Below, one piece after another: positions 21,131 through 31,204 of a DNA stretch of 64,000 nucleotides (positions are counted from its first letter, which is position 1; each line of letters opens with the position of its first letter). The position numbers and the translations under genes were made by a program. The stretch lies in NCBI GenBank assembly GCA_963749705.1, contig CAVVNQ010000006.1:176650-240649 (forward strand), given 5' to 3'. This DNA is from an uncultured Chloroflexia bacterium. GTDB taxonomy: Bacteria > Chloroflexota > Limnocylindria > Limnocylindrales > CSP1-4. Below the pieces are notes generated by a model. The model ran no database searches, was not told the DNA's origin, and saw only the letters and a program-made list of their open reading frames with translations.

Positions 21131-22014
21131 GATGCGTGCTCCTCGTTCTCGCCGGCCGCGCGACGACGACACGCAGCTGCGGCCCGGGCAACCAACGACG
21201 TGATGATCCGGCTTCGGTAGGCCGCACTCGCACGGATGTCGTCGATCGGGCTCGAGGCGGCAGCAGCCAGCCGACCGGCCTCGGCCAGGGTCGACATGTC
21301 GAGCCGGGTTCCCACGAGCCGACGCTCGGCCTCCGCGGCTCGGAATGGACGCGGTGCTGCCGCACAGATCGCAATTCGTGCATCGAGTACCGTCTCGAGC
21401 CGTTGGTCGAAGGTCAACCGCATCGCCATCCCGACGATGGCGATCTCCATCGCCCGGCGGCGACCGACCTTCAGGTAGGCCTCCCCGGTCGCGTCAGCGG
21501 CTCGTGGGAACTGGACGGAGGTCAGCAGCTCGTCCGATCGGCGCTGCGTCGCACGTCGGCCGAGGAAGAAGTCCGCGAGGGGCAGGGTCCGCTCGCCCTT
21601 CCGGTCGTGAAGCGTCACGGTCGCGTCGGCAACGAGGAGCGTCGGTGGCAGGTCGGCGGCTGGCGAGGCGTTGCAGATGTTGCCCCCGATCGTGCCGACG
21701 TTCTGGGTCTGCCAGCCGCCCACCTGGGCGGCTGCATCGACCAGACCCGGCACCTCGCGACGAAGGACGGGGTTCGTGGCGAGGTCCCGATGCGGAGTCA
21801 GTGCCCCGATGCGGATCGTGCCGTCGGCGCTCACGCCGCGGAGCTCGTCGTCGAGGCCGCCGATGAAGATCACGTGCTCGGGTGCGATCTCGCCGCGCAG
21901 GTACTGGACCATGACATCGGTGCCGCCGGCAAGGATCTGCGTGCCGCTGCCCAGGCTGCCGAGCAGCTCGAGGGCCTCCCCGACCGACGAGGGCGTGTGG
22001 CATGTGAAGCTCAT
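21127..22014 (-). CDS. FAD-binding subunit, CoxM-like
   Basis: LAGGTD, GTIGGNICNASPAAD, PIDDIRASAAYR. Confidence 0.94.
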   Translation of the reverse strand: MSFTCHTPSSVGEALELLGSLGSGTQILAGGTDVMVQYLRGEIAPEHVIFIGGLDDELRGVSADGTIRIGALTPHRDLATNPVLRREVPGLVDAAAQVGGWQTQNVGTIGGNICNASPAADLPPTLLVADATVTLHDRKGERTLPLADFFLGRRATQRRSDELLTSVQFPRAADATGEAYLKVGRRRAMEIAIVGMAMRLTFDQRLETVLDARIAICAAAPRPFRAAEAERRLVGTRLDMSTLAEAGRLAAAASSPIDDIRASAAYRSRIITSLVARAAAACRRRAAGENEEHAS

Positions 22015-22236
22015 CTACGTTCCTCCTTGCCCAGCTACCGTGGCTGTCGCACCGCCACCGGTCACCGCCGGCTTGAGGTTCGGTCGGCGATCCAGAAACG
22101 CTCAGCCAGGGCCATCGGTCATGGCGTCGGGCGCCTCCCCGGCGAGCAGCGTGTGCCGTCGTCGTCGCCCGGGTTCCAGGACCGGATTGCCGGGATCGGC
22201 TCACAGATATACAGATGCAGTCCCTGCTCTCGTTGC

Positions 22237-22386
22237 TCACCTCACTGGTTCGGGGCAACCGTGGAAGGGCCCGCTCGGGCCCGCAAGTTCCTCTGCGTCC
22301 TGGTGGTCGAGCGCCAGGAGGCGGTCAATCGATTTCGTGTTGCACGCGCTGACGAGCTCTCGGACGATCGGCTTCGGGTCATTCAT
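22237..22386 (-). pseudogene. Possible SnoaL/NTF2-like gene stub
   Basis: MNDPKPIVRELVSACNTKSIDRLLALDHQDA, overlapping the IclR stop; frame decays afterwards. Confidence 0.3.
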
Positions 22387-23218
22387 CGGCGGGCACTTCC
22401 GCGGCGATGATCGACCCTGCCTTCGGCACGCCGTCCGGCCGGTAGCCGAGCATTGCCGAGATCTCGGCACCGGCATCGCGGGCGAGCGGACCGAGGCCGG
22501 CGAACCGGTCGGGCGTGACTCGCATAGCGGGACCGGCGATGCTCACACCGGCGCATACGGCCCCGGTGTGGTCGAAGATCGGGGCGCCGACGCAGGAGAT
22601 TCCATCCTCGTTCTCCATGTCGTCGGTGGAGTACCCGCGCGCCCGCACGCCACGCAGGTGCTCCATCAGCTGGTCGCGGCTACTGATCGTCGCCGCGGTG
22701 CGCACCTCGAGCTGGTCCGGGAGCCGTGCCCTGAGGTCCTCCTCGGGGAGGTAGGCCAGGATCGCCTTCCCGATCCCGGTCGAGTGCGCCGGCATGGTAT
22801 GGCCTATCCGGCTGAACATCCGGACGGACTGCGGGCTGTCCACCTTCTCGATGTAGACCACGTCGACGCCGTCCAGGATGCTCAGGTGGATCGTCTCGCC
22901 AGTCTCCGCCGCGAGACGCCGCATCGTCGGGAGCGCTTCCCGACGAAGGTCGAGACCCTCGAGGTAGTCCATCCCCAGCCGGAGCGTCATGGGACCCAGG
23001 GTGTAGGCACGCCGGTCGCGATCATGGGTGAGCAGGCTCCGGGCCCGGAGGGTGCGCAGAATCCGGGACGTGGTCGGCTTGCTGTAGCCCAGGATCGCGG
23101 TGCACTCGGCCAGACTCAGTCCGCGTGAGCCGCTGGCGCCCACCTGGAACAGGACGTTCAGGGCGCGATCGAGCGTCTGCGTACCCGCCAGCAACGTCCC
23201 GTCGGGTTCGGCATCCAT
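22379..23218 (-). CDS. IclR-family transcriptional regulator
   Basis: QTLDRALNVL HTH, GETIHL, HSTGIGKAILA, CVGAPI. Confidence 0.93.
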   Translation of the reverse strand: MDAEPDGTLLAGTQTLDRALNVLFQVGASGSRGLSLAECTAILGYSKPTTSRILRTLRARSLLTHDRDRRAYTLGPMTLRLGMDYLEGLDLRREALPTMRRLAAETGETIHLSILDGVDVVYIEKVDSPQSVRMFSRIGHTMPAHSTGIGKAILAYLPEEDLRARLPDQLEVRTAATISSRDQLMEHLRGVRARGYSTDDMENEDGISCVGAPIFDHTGAVCAGVSIAGPAMRVTPDRFAGLGPLARDAGAEISAMLGYRPDGVPKAGSIIAAEVPADE

Positions 23219-23313
23219 CAGATGTAAAACACCGTGTCAAGATTCGACGAAGAGGCGCCTACTATACAGGCGGGAGTCGAGCGCCGACAGAGGTTCTGAG
23301 ACGTGATGCAGAG

Positions 23314-24474
23314 ATGAAGCCAGTCGCACAGAGGATCGTCGACATGCGCCGTTCCGGGATCCGCGAGGTGATGGACCTTGCGGCTGGTCGCCCGGACGTC
23401 CTCCATCTCGAGGTCGGCGAGCCCAACTTCGCAACGCCGGACCATGTCCTGGAGGCGGCGGCCCGCGCCGCCGCCGACGGGTTCACGAAGTACACCGAGA
23501 ACCGCGGCCTTGCCTCGCTGCGGGAGACGATCTGCGCCAAGCTCGCGCGCAAGAACGGCATCCGGGCCACGCCGGACCAGATCGTGGTCACGACGGGTGG
23601 TGTCACGGCTCTCATGGAGACGCTGATCGCCCTGACCGATCCCGGCGATGGCGTCCTCATCCCCGATCCCGGCTGGCCCAACTACGCAATGATGGCCGCC
23701 GTCGTCGGGGCAGATGTCCGCCGCTACCCGCTTGATCCGGCGAAAGCGTACGAGCCAGATCTCGACCGGCTCGGCGAACTGGCCACCGACCCCCGGGCGA
23801 AAGTGCTGATCATCAACAGCCCGGCAAACCCGACCGGATCCGTCTGGCCGCCCGAGACGATGGCCCGGGTCGTCGCCCTGGCAGCGCGCCACGATCTGTG
23901 GGTGATCAGCGACGAGGTCTACGAGGAGATCGTCTTTGAGGGCCATCATGTGAGCCCGGCCACGATCGACGACGGGGGTCGAGTGATCAGTGTCTTCAGC
24001 GTCTCCAAGACGTATGCGATGACCGGCTGGCGGATCGGCTATCTCGTCGCCACGGAGCCCGTGGCCGCCCTCGTCGCAAAGGTCCAGGAACCCGTGGTCA
24101 GCTGCGCTACGGCCGTGGCCCAGAAGGCGGCCGAAGCGGCGATCGGCGGTCCCCAGGAGTGCGTCGCCCTGATGCGAGCCGCGTACCGTAGGCGCCGCGA
24201 TCTCGCTGTTGACGCCCTCCGGCGAGACGGCTGTCTGGCCAGCGAACCGCATGGTGCGTTCTACATCCTGGCGGACGTCAGCAGGGCGACTCGTGACACG
24301 TATGCGCTGGCCCGCTGGCTCGTGGCCGAGAAGGGTGTCGCGGTTGCCCCGGGCGAGACCTTCGGCCCCGCGGGAGCCGGGCTGGTCCGCCTCTCGCTGG
24401 CGACCGATCCCGTCGTCCTGGCCGAGGGGATCCGTCGCCTCACTGGGGCGATCGCTAGCTGGACGGAGCCCTAA
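23314..24474 (+). CDS. Class I/II PLP aminotransferase (aspartate aminotransferase-like)
   Basis: GEPNF, NSPANPTG, SDEVY, SVSKTYAMTGWRIG. Confidence 0.93.
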   Translation: MKPVAQRIVDMRRSGIREVMDLAAGRPDVLHLEVGEPNFATPDHVLEAAARAAADGFTKYTENRGLASLRETICAKLARKNGIRATPDQIVVTTGGVTALMETLIALTDPGDGVLIPDPGWPNYAMMAAVVGADVRRYPLDPAKAYEPDLDRLGELATDPRAKVLIINSPANPTGSVWPPETMARVVALAARHDLWVISDEVYEEIVFEGHHVSPATIDDGGRVISVFSVSKTYAMTGWRIGYLVATEPVAALVAKVQEPVVSCATAVAQKAAEAAIGGPQECVALMRAAYRRRRDLAVDALRRDGCLASEPHGAFYILADVSRATRDTYALARWLVAEKGVAVAPGETFGPAGAGLVRLSLATDPVVLAEGIRRLTGAIASWTEP

Positions 24475-25568
24475 CCCCGCCCCGCGGTGACGCCGGTGCG
24501 CGGAAGTGGTCGATACTCGATCTCGTAGCCGAAGGCGCGCGGACCGACGAACCGGAGAGCCGTCTCGGTGGCCAGCCGGGGATGGCAGGGGATCCCGACC
24601 ACATCGGCGCGGATTCCGTAGCGGACGAGTTCCGTCGTGACCGGCTCACCCTCCTCCGTGGTGAGGAGGGTGATCAGGTCCGGGACGCTGACGACCGCGT
24701 CGCCGTCCCTCCAGAGGATGAGGTTCTCGTTCTGGAAATCGATCCGGACGCGGGCGCCGGCATCGTCATCGAAGCCTTCGAGATCGATGTGTCCGACGAC
24801 GAAGCCGCCGGTGAGACGCCGCTCGACGTCGACGACCTTGCCGCGGAAGAGCCGCGACCCGCCGGTGACCGACAGGACGGCCTCCGTGGTCGAGCGCTTC
24901 GCGGCGCGGGCGACAAGCGCGGCGCGACCGATCTCACGAGTCAGCGAGAGGGTCCCGGGCACGATCGAGCGCTGGCACTCCGCACCGCTCATTGGTGCCA
25001 TCGCCAGACCTGCCGAACCACCCATCTCCACCGTGATCGCACGCGCGATCCGCTCCAGACTGCGGGCGTCACGCACTCGTTGGATGATGACCGCGTTTCC
25101 CTTGTCGTCGGCCAGGCCTGCCGGCCACGGCTGGCCGCCGTACATGAGGAAGGTGACCATCTGGAGCTCCGGGAAGGCGCGGCCCATCCCATCCCCGTCC
25201 ACAACCGGGATGTCCAGCTCGGCGGCGATGCTCATCGCGGTCATCGAGTTCTCGCCGCCGATCTCCATAGGCGCGATGGCATCGATCCGTCGTCCGACGT
25301 GTTCCTGCAGCGCCTCGACGGCGCGGACCTCCTCGTGGCCCTCGCGCAACTTCTCGTAGGTGACGACCGGGGCTCCCATGAACCCGCCGGCCACGAGGAA
25401 CCAGTCGTCGCGCAGCTCATCCGGAGTGACGACGCGCACGCGGAGCCCGCTGCGGAGCTGTTCGCGCAGATGGATCATGCCCAGGTAGGCATTTCCGCCG
25501 CCCCCGGTACCCATGGCTGCAGCGCCGATCGAGATCGCCGCCAGGTCCTCCTCGAGTACCTCCCACAT
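24471..25568 (-). CDS. DUF917 family protein
   Basis: GTGGGG, EIGGENS, VVDGDGMGRAFPELQM, FQNENL, VPDLI. Confidence 0.88.
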   Translation of the reverse strand: MWEVLEEDLAAISIGAAAMGTGGGGNAYLGMIHLREQLRSGLRVRVVTPDELRDDWFLVAGGFMGAPVVTYEKLREGHEEVRAVEALQEHVGRRIDAIAPMEIGGENSMTAMSIAAELDIPVVDGDGMGRAFPELQMVTFLMYGGQPWPAGLADDKGNAVIIQRVRDARSLERIARAITVEMGGSAGLAMAPMSGAECQRSIVPGTLSLTREIGRAALVARAAKRSTTEAVLSVTGGSRLFRGKVVDVERRLTGGFVVGHIDLEGFDDDAGARVRIDFQNENLILWRDGDAVVSVPDLITLLTTEEGEPVTTELVRYGIRADVVGIPCHPRLATETALRFVGPRAFGYEIEYRPLPRTGVTAGRG

Positions 25569-25579
25569 CCGTTCGCTCC

Positions 25580-27127
25580 TCAGTTCGAGATCAGCTCACC
25601 GACCACCTTGACCCGAACGCGGACCGCGTTGCCGGGCAGGTAGGAGAGCGGCACGTCCTCCACGTCGAGGACGTAGATCGTGGCAGGATCCGCGCCGCTC
25701 TCGACTGCCTCGCGGATGGCATCCCCGCGGGCCGTATCGAGGGCCGCCTCGCGGCTCGAGCCGGCCAGCGCCACGACCCGGTCGACCTCGCCGGTGACCT
25801 GGGCGATCGCCGCCCCGACCGCGTTGGCCGCCTCGAAGTGCTCGGGGACGACCAGCTCGCTTGCCCCGGCGACGGGCCGCGTGACGAGGATCCGGCCGCC
25901 GCCGACGATGATCACCGGCAGCGGCTCCTCGGAGAGGCGCATGCGGTCCACCGCGAGATCGATCGCGTCGCCGATCATGGCTGTGACCTGCACGACGAGC
26001 TCGTGCGGCAGATCCGCCACCCGATTGCCGTCGCCGAGATGGGCGAAGCCACCGGCGACGGCGATGTCCGTCGCCGTCAGCGTCTCCCCACCGAAGATGC
26101 GGGCACGCTGCGTCAGCTCGTACCCGACGCTGTCGGGACCGACGGAGATGGCATCGCCGTTGACACGGACGAGCGAGCCGCCACCGAGCCCGGTGGCGTG
26201 CACGTCGGGCATTCGAAAGTTGGTCCGGACCCCGCCAACCTCGATCGCCAGCGCCGCCTGGCGGGGGAAGCCGCGAGTCAGCGCGCCGACGTCGGTGGTC
26301 GTGCCGCCGACATCGACGACGATCGCGTCCTGGAGGCCGGAGAGGTAGGCGGCTCCGCGCATCGAGTTGGTCGGCCCCGAGGCGAAGGTCAGCACTGGGA
26401 AGAGCTCCGCTTGAACGGCGGTCATCAGTGCACCGTCGTTCTGGGTGAGGTAGACCGTCGCGCCGAGGTCCATTTCCTTGATCGCCTGGCGGAAGCTCGA
26501 GATCGTCGTTCGGGCCAGATCGCGCAGACATGCGTTGAGGATCGCCGCGTTCTCCCGCTCAAGCAGCCCGATCCGACCGATCTGATGCGAGTAGGTGACG
26601 TCAAGGCCAGGCACCCGGCTGGTGAGGAGCTCGCCGGCCCGGAGCTCCATCTCGCCGTTGATCGGCGAGAAGACGCTACTGACCGCTACCGCCGTGGTTC
26701 CGCGAAGGCGGAGGTCGTCGGCGACGCGCGCGATCTCTGCCTCGTTGAGCTCGCTCAGGATCCGGCCATCGAACTCGTTGCCCCCGTGAACGAGATAGTG
26801 ATGCTGCCCCACCACGGCAGCGAGGTCGGGCGGCCAGTCGATCATCGGCGGAAGGCATTCGGTCGCCGGCAGGCCGAGGCGGACAGCTGCGACGGGCTGA
26901 AGCCGTCGCCGCTCCACGACCGCGTTCGTGAAGTGGGTGGTCCCGATCATGACGGCCGAGACCTCGGATGTCGGGACACGAGTCTGGTCGAGCAGTGCGC
27001 TGACGGCTGTGACGATGCCGCTCGTTACGTCCACAGTCGTCGGCGTCTTCACCTTGCCCAGGACGCCATCAACGCTCATCAGGACAGCGTCTGTGTTGGT
27101 GCCTCCGACGTCAACGCCGACGCGCAT
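25580..27127 (-). CDS. Hydantoinase/oxoprolinase A-type protein
   Basis: GVDVGGTNTD, GTTHFTNA, LERENAAILNA, SGPTNS, DVGGTTTD. Confidence 0.9.
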   Translation of the reverse strand: MRVGVDVGGTNTDAVLMSVDGVLGKVKTPTTVDVTSGIVTAVSALLDQTRVPTSEVSAVMIGTTHFTNAVVERRRLQPVAAVRLGLPATECLPPMIDWPPDLAAVVGQHHYLVHGGNEFDGRILSELNEAEIARVADDLRLRGTTAVAVSSVFSPINGEMELRAGELLTSRVPGLDVTYSHQIGRIGLLERENAAILNACLRDLARTTISSFRQAIKEMDLGATVYLTQNDGALMTAVQAELFPVLTFASGPTNSMRGAAYLSGLQDAIVVDVGGTTTDVGALTRGFPRQAALAIEVGGVRTNFRMPDVHATGLGGGSLVRVNGDAISVGPDSVGYELTQRARIFGGETLTATDIAVAGGFAHLGDGNRVADLPHELVVQVTAMIGDAIDLAVDRMRLSEEPLPVIIVGGGRILVTRPVAGASELVVPEHFEAANAVGAAIAQVTGEVDRVVALAGSSREAALDTARGDAIREAVESGADPATIYVLDVEDVPLSYLPGNAVRVRVKVVGELISN

Positions 27128-27295
27128 GGACTCTGTTGCCACCCTGGGCTCGGACCGCCCATCCTCGACCAGCCGACCCTCGACGACGAGGTCCGTTGTG
27201 CGCTTCGTACCCACCCTAGCCCCTCAGGCCAGTCAGGGTGATCTCCTCGACCCGATCGGGCAGCACCACCCGCCCCCCACGGATCGCCAGCCGAC

Positions 27296-28528
27296 TCATC
27301 GTGTGATCGTCGGCTGCGCCAAGAACCAGGCCGGTTCGGCGAAGTACCGGAACATCGCAAATCCGTGGTCGAGGTCAGCAGCCTCCCAGACAAGGTCAAG
27401 CTCCGAATATGCCGTGTGGCCGTGCGAAGGGGGTGCCAGCTCTGGCCGGGTCAGGAAGTCCGAACGTGGCCACACCGCACGGTGCCGGAAGCACGCGCCG
27501 GGCAACAGCACGTCGCGGATCCACCGTCGCATCGTCGGCACGCAATTCTGGTAGGCGTGTCCGGGGCCCCACCGCACATGTCGTTGCAGATCGGACCCCG
27601 CGCCGCGCACCTCCTCGACCGACATCGGTCGGCCGCCGTCGAAGAACAATGCATCCAGGTTGGGATCGACAACGATCCATCGGCTGACATCTTCGAGCCA
27701 GACTTCGGCAACGAAATGTCCGTTGTGACCGTTCACCTCCTCCGTCAAGACGGCCGGCCGTGCGGGGATCCCGATGGCGACACACGCCGCGACGAACGTC
27801 ACCGCATAGTGGACGCACACGAGGAACGGCTCGCGCCCATCATGCCCGCTGCCGGCCTTGCCCCAGGACACGATGGTAAGCGGGTCCCACGGCGCATACT
27901 GCACCCCCTTATCCCGGTACCGCCAACCGGTCGAAGTCCACGTCGCGAGGGCGCGAACGCGAGTGAGCGTGTCGCCGGAAGCGACGACATCCGGGGGCAG
28001 GAGCCGTCGAAGCTGCACGGCTCCTGGGTCGTCGGGCAGGCCCGCGATGAAGGTCGGAGGATCGGGGTCACGGCCTTCCTCGAGGCGCAGCCTGACCAGG
28101 TACTCCCCTGCCCCGACGTGGAGGTGGCCGATCCGGTCGGAATTCCAGGTCACCCCTCCGTCTGTGCTCAGGTGACTGGCCGAAGGGTAATGGCCGTATT
28201 CGATGCCAAGCGACCAGGCGTCCATCGCGTCCGCCTCCGCCCAGAACTCGAACCGGTTCGAGCCGACGAGCAGGGCGTTCGCTGGAACGACCACCTCGTA
28301 CCAGAGGTAGTTGGCTCCAGCCGGGCGGATCGGTTCGAGCTCACGCCCGTTGACGGTGATCCGCAAGGGTCGTCCGTTGCCGGCGTAGCTCCGGGCCAGT
28401 ACGAACAGCCGGCCAGGACCGTCCGTCGCAGGCAAGGCCATCTCCTTGCGTGCCCGACGACGGGTGGTGAGCTCCTCGCCCAAAGTGGGCAGGACGAATC
28501 CGGTCTCGGTGTAATACAGGCCCGACAT
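27296..28528 (-). CDS. Transglutaminase-like domain protein with N-terminal beta-sandwich
   Basis: CVHYA..GIPAR, HFVAEVW, WIVVDP: Cys-His-Asp triad. Confidence 0.78.
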   Translation of the reverse strand: MSGLYYTETGFVLPTLGEELTTRRRARKEMALPATDGPGRLFVLARSYAGNGRPLRITVNGRELEPIRPAGANYLWYEVVVPANALLVGSNRFEFWAEADAMDAWSLGIEYGHYPSASHLSTDGGVTWNSDRIGHLHVGAGEYLVRLRLEEGRDPDPPTFIAGLPDDPGAVQLRRLLPPDVVASGDTLTRVRALATWTSTGWRYRDKGVQYAPWDPLTIVSWGKAGSGHDGREPFLVCVHYAVTFVAACVAIGIPARPAVLTEEVNGHNGHFVAEVWLEDVSRWIVVDPNLDALFFDGGRPMSVEEVRGAGSDLQRHVRWGPGHAYQNCVPTMRRWIRDVLLPGACFRHRAVWPRSDFLTRPELAPPSHGHTAYSELDLVWEAADLDHGFAMFRYFAEPAWFLAQPTITR

Positions 28529-28529
28529 G

Positions 28530-28679
28530 TCAGGAGTCTCCGCCCGGCGCGTTGAGGAAGCCCCCAAAGCCCGGGTTGACCTTGAGGAGCTCCGACACGT
28601 AGTCGGTCGCGGCTGCGTCGACTGTCGCCCGGTCCGCGAGGACGACCGTCCGAAGCTGATCCGTCACGAACTCGGTCAT
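28530..28679 (-). pseudogene. 49-aa ORF resembling the N-terminus of NagB/6-phosphogluconolactonase-like proteins
   Basis: MTEFVTDQLRTVVLADRATVDAAATDYVSELLK..., stop 1 nt before the next ATG; below the ORF-track cutoff. Confidence 0.35.
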
Positions 28680-28817
28680 GCGCGTTCGGGTGATGCCCAT
28701 GCCGGGGATCGTAGCGGCGACCGACCCTGCTGCAAATCTCCCCGCGCCAAGGATTCGCAGCCGGTAACGGGAGGTCCCCCGCTGCGCGGAAGCAGAGACT
28801 CCAGTTCTGCGACTCGC

Positions 28818-29807
28818 TCAGTAGGTGAGCACAACCCCCAGATACTCATCGAGGCTATCCTCCAGGCGGTCATACAGCATCGGGGCTTCGGTGTAACGGA
28901 GTTCGTGTGTGCGGAAATCGTCAATGTGCAAGGGACCTCTGCACAGGGAGAAGAGGTACGGCACGTCGCGGTTGCGCACCGCCGGGCTGATCATCCTGGC
29001 ATGCGCGCCGATGATGGTAAGTCCCTTGCGGTGGATGTCCGTATAGGGGTCGATTTCCATTGGCTTGCGCGGACTGCCGAGAAGCACAACACGTCCGCCC
29101 GGCGCCGTCACCTTCAGACAGGCATCGATGTTGCTTTCGATTCCGGCGGCCTCGACGCTAAGGTCAGGCGACGTTCCCGGATGCGTCGCGTACCACTCAA
29201 CCAGGCTGGTTTCACGGAGATTGATCACAGGGTTGAAACCCAGCGACGCTCCGTGACGGAGGCGACCTTGAGATGGGTCGGCCGCGGTGACCGCAGCCCC
29301 CGCAATGCGATATAGCTGCCCAGCCAGGATGCCCACCAATCCCAGTCCACTCACCAAGACGGTTTGGCCAAGCTCTGCAGGTGCGAGACGAACCGCGGTC
29401 ATTGCAATCTGCGCCAGACCGAAGAAGACTGCATCTTGAGGCTCGATGCCCTCGGGCACCAGCACGCACTGCGATGCTCGTACGACCGATACAGTGGCGT
29501 GAGAGCTGGGATGCCACACGAGATCGCCAACCGCGAAATCGGTGACACCCAAGCCGACATCCTCGACGTGCCCAACCGCCGCGTATCCGGGGTAGAAGGG
29601 GTACTTGAACGAAGCGGCAGCCTCTCCACCGGAAGTGAAGGCACGGTGCCGCTTGCGGAGCACAGCGAGCTCTGTTCCGGCGCTGACCAACGAAGCGTCA
29701 TTGCGAATCAGCATCTGATCCGCTTCCAGTGAGGTGGATACGGTGAACTGCTCGATCCGACAGTCGTTCTCTCCCGCGAACAGAATGCGGTCTTCGTGCT
29801 CAGACAC
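28818..29807 (-). CDS. MDR-family (zinc-type alcohol dehydrogenase-like) sugar dehydrogenase
   Basis: SLVSAGTE, YPGYAAVG, GLGLVG. Confidence 0.88.
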   Translation of the reverse strand: MSEHEDRILFAGENDCRIEQFTVSTSLEADQMLIRNDASLVSAGTELAVLRKRHRAFTSGGEAAASFKYPFYPGYAAVGHVEDVGLGVTDFAVGDLVWHPSSHATVSVVRASQCVLVPEGIEPQDAVFFGLAQIAMTAVRLAPAELGQTVLVSGLGLVGILAGQLYRIAGAAVTAADPSQGRLRHGASLGFNPVINLRETSLVEWYATHPGTSPDLSVEAAGIESNIDACLKVTAPGGRVVLLGSPRKPMEIDPYTDIHRKGLTIIGAHARMISPAVRNRDVPYLFSLCRGPLHIDDFRTHELRYTEAPMLYDRLEDSLDEYLGVVLTY

Positions 29808-30009
29808 GGATCTTCCCTTTGTCCTTCGATCTCATCAGCGAGCGCAGCCGTGCCACGCGGTGCCCGCGTCGGCGATCGCGGCCTGGGTCCAACCTAGGTC
29901 TCGTATCGCCGCTCGACGGTGCTAATCGACGGGACATCACCTGTGAGCTTGGCGACTCGCGTCACCAGCTCGGCAGGGGCCGATCACACCGATCCTCGGC
30001 TTCGCCATA

Positions 30010-31152
30010 TCACTCGACTTCGTCGATCCCGAGGCCGGGGCCGGCCGGGACCGGGAGCCGCCCTGAGGCCATCGCCGCCGCAAGCGCCGGCCGACGGACC
30101 ACGTCTCGCTCGACCATCAACGGCCCGATTAGCTCGCACGGATAGAGATACCCAGGTGCCGCCGCGGCGAACTGGGCCGCGGCGAGGGTTGCTACTCCCA
30201 TCTCGGGCATCGAGCCCACCATCAGACCGATCCCAGCAGCCTCCGCGACCGCCGCGATCTGGAGTGCCCGATACAGCCCGCCGGGCTTCACGATCTTGAT
30301 GTTGAAGACGTCACACGCGCCGAGTCGTGCGAGCTCGTGGGCATCGGCGAGCGACTGGAGGGATTCATCGGCCATCACCGGGGTGTCGAGAGCCTGCGAA
30401 ATGGCTCGCAGGCCGACGCGATCGTGGCCGGCAATGGGCTGTTCGATCAGCTCGAGCTCGTACCGTTCCATCGCCCGGAGGATGCGGATCGCTTCAGCTC
30501 GACTGTAGCCCTGGTTGGCGTCGACCCTAATCTGGATGTCGGGAAGTGCGTCGCGGACGGCGGCCACGACATCGAGGTCTCGCCGCGAGTCCCGACCGAT
30601 CTTGAGCTTGATGACCGAGAACCCCGCCTTCGCATGGGCCACAGCTTCGGCGACGATGTCGTCGACCCGACCGATCCCGATGACCCAGGCGAGCGAGATC
30701 TCGGAGCGCCGCCGTCCGCCAAGGAGGGCAGAAACGGGGACCCCCAGACTTCGACCCATAAGGTCGTACACGGCGATGTCGATCGCCGACTTGGCCATCG
30801 CTGCGTCCCTGAGCACATGATCCATTCGCTCATGCACCACTCCGGGAAGGGCCGGCACACCGATCAGAGATGGCGCGAGAACACTATCGATAGCCGCGCG
30901 GAGCCCAGCCGTGGTCTGCCCCGAGTACGGCGTCATGGGGCTCACTTCGCCGACGCCGCAACGCCCATCCTCATCCCACACTGAGACGATCACGGACTCC
31001 AGGGCATCGACCGTCCCGCTGCTGATGACGAACGGGGACCGATAGAGCGAGCGCGCAACTCGGGTCTCGATTCGGGTGATCTTGATGTGGGCCCTCCCCG
31101 GCGGCCCTGAGACATCCTCAGCTGCATCGTTCATCGATACGCCATGGTCCAA
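30010..31152 (-). CDS. Enolase superfamily, muconate cycloisomerase/dipeptide epimerase-like
   Basis: KLKIG, RVDANQG, IEQP, ADES, NIKIVKPGG. Confidence 0.9.
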   Translation of the reverse strand: MDHGVSMNDAAEDVSGPPGRAHIKITRIETRVARSLYRSPFVISSGTVDALESVIVSVWDEDGRCGVGEVSPMTPYSGQTTAGLRAAIDSVLAPSLIGVPALPGVVHERMDHVLRDAAMAKSAIDIAVYDLMGRSLGVPVSALLGGRRRSEISLAWVIGIGRVDDIVAEAVAHAKAGFSVIKLKIGRDSRRDLDVVAAVRDALPDIQIRVDANQGYSRAEAIRILRAMERYELELIEQPIAGHDRVGLRAISQALDTPVMADESLQSLADAHELARLGACDVFNIKIVKPGGLYRALQIAAVAEAAGIGLMVGSMPEMGVATLAAAQFAAAAPGYLYPCELIGPLMVERDVVRRPALAAAMASGRLPVPAGPGLGIDEVE

Positions 31153-31204
31153 GGTTCCAAATCCCTCAACCCGAAATCTTCAACCACCCGCCGGGCCGCA
31201 TCGA

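Noticed and set aside
18324-22014. Aerobic CO dehydrogenase coxMSL
   Set aside because: Active-site loop is AYRGPGGPQ, not AYxCSFR (form I) or AYRGAGR (form II); no coxDEFG genes.
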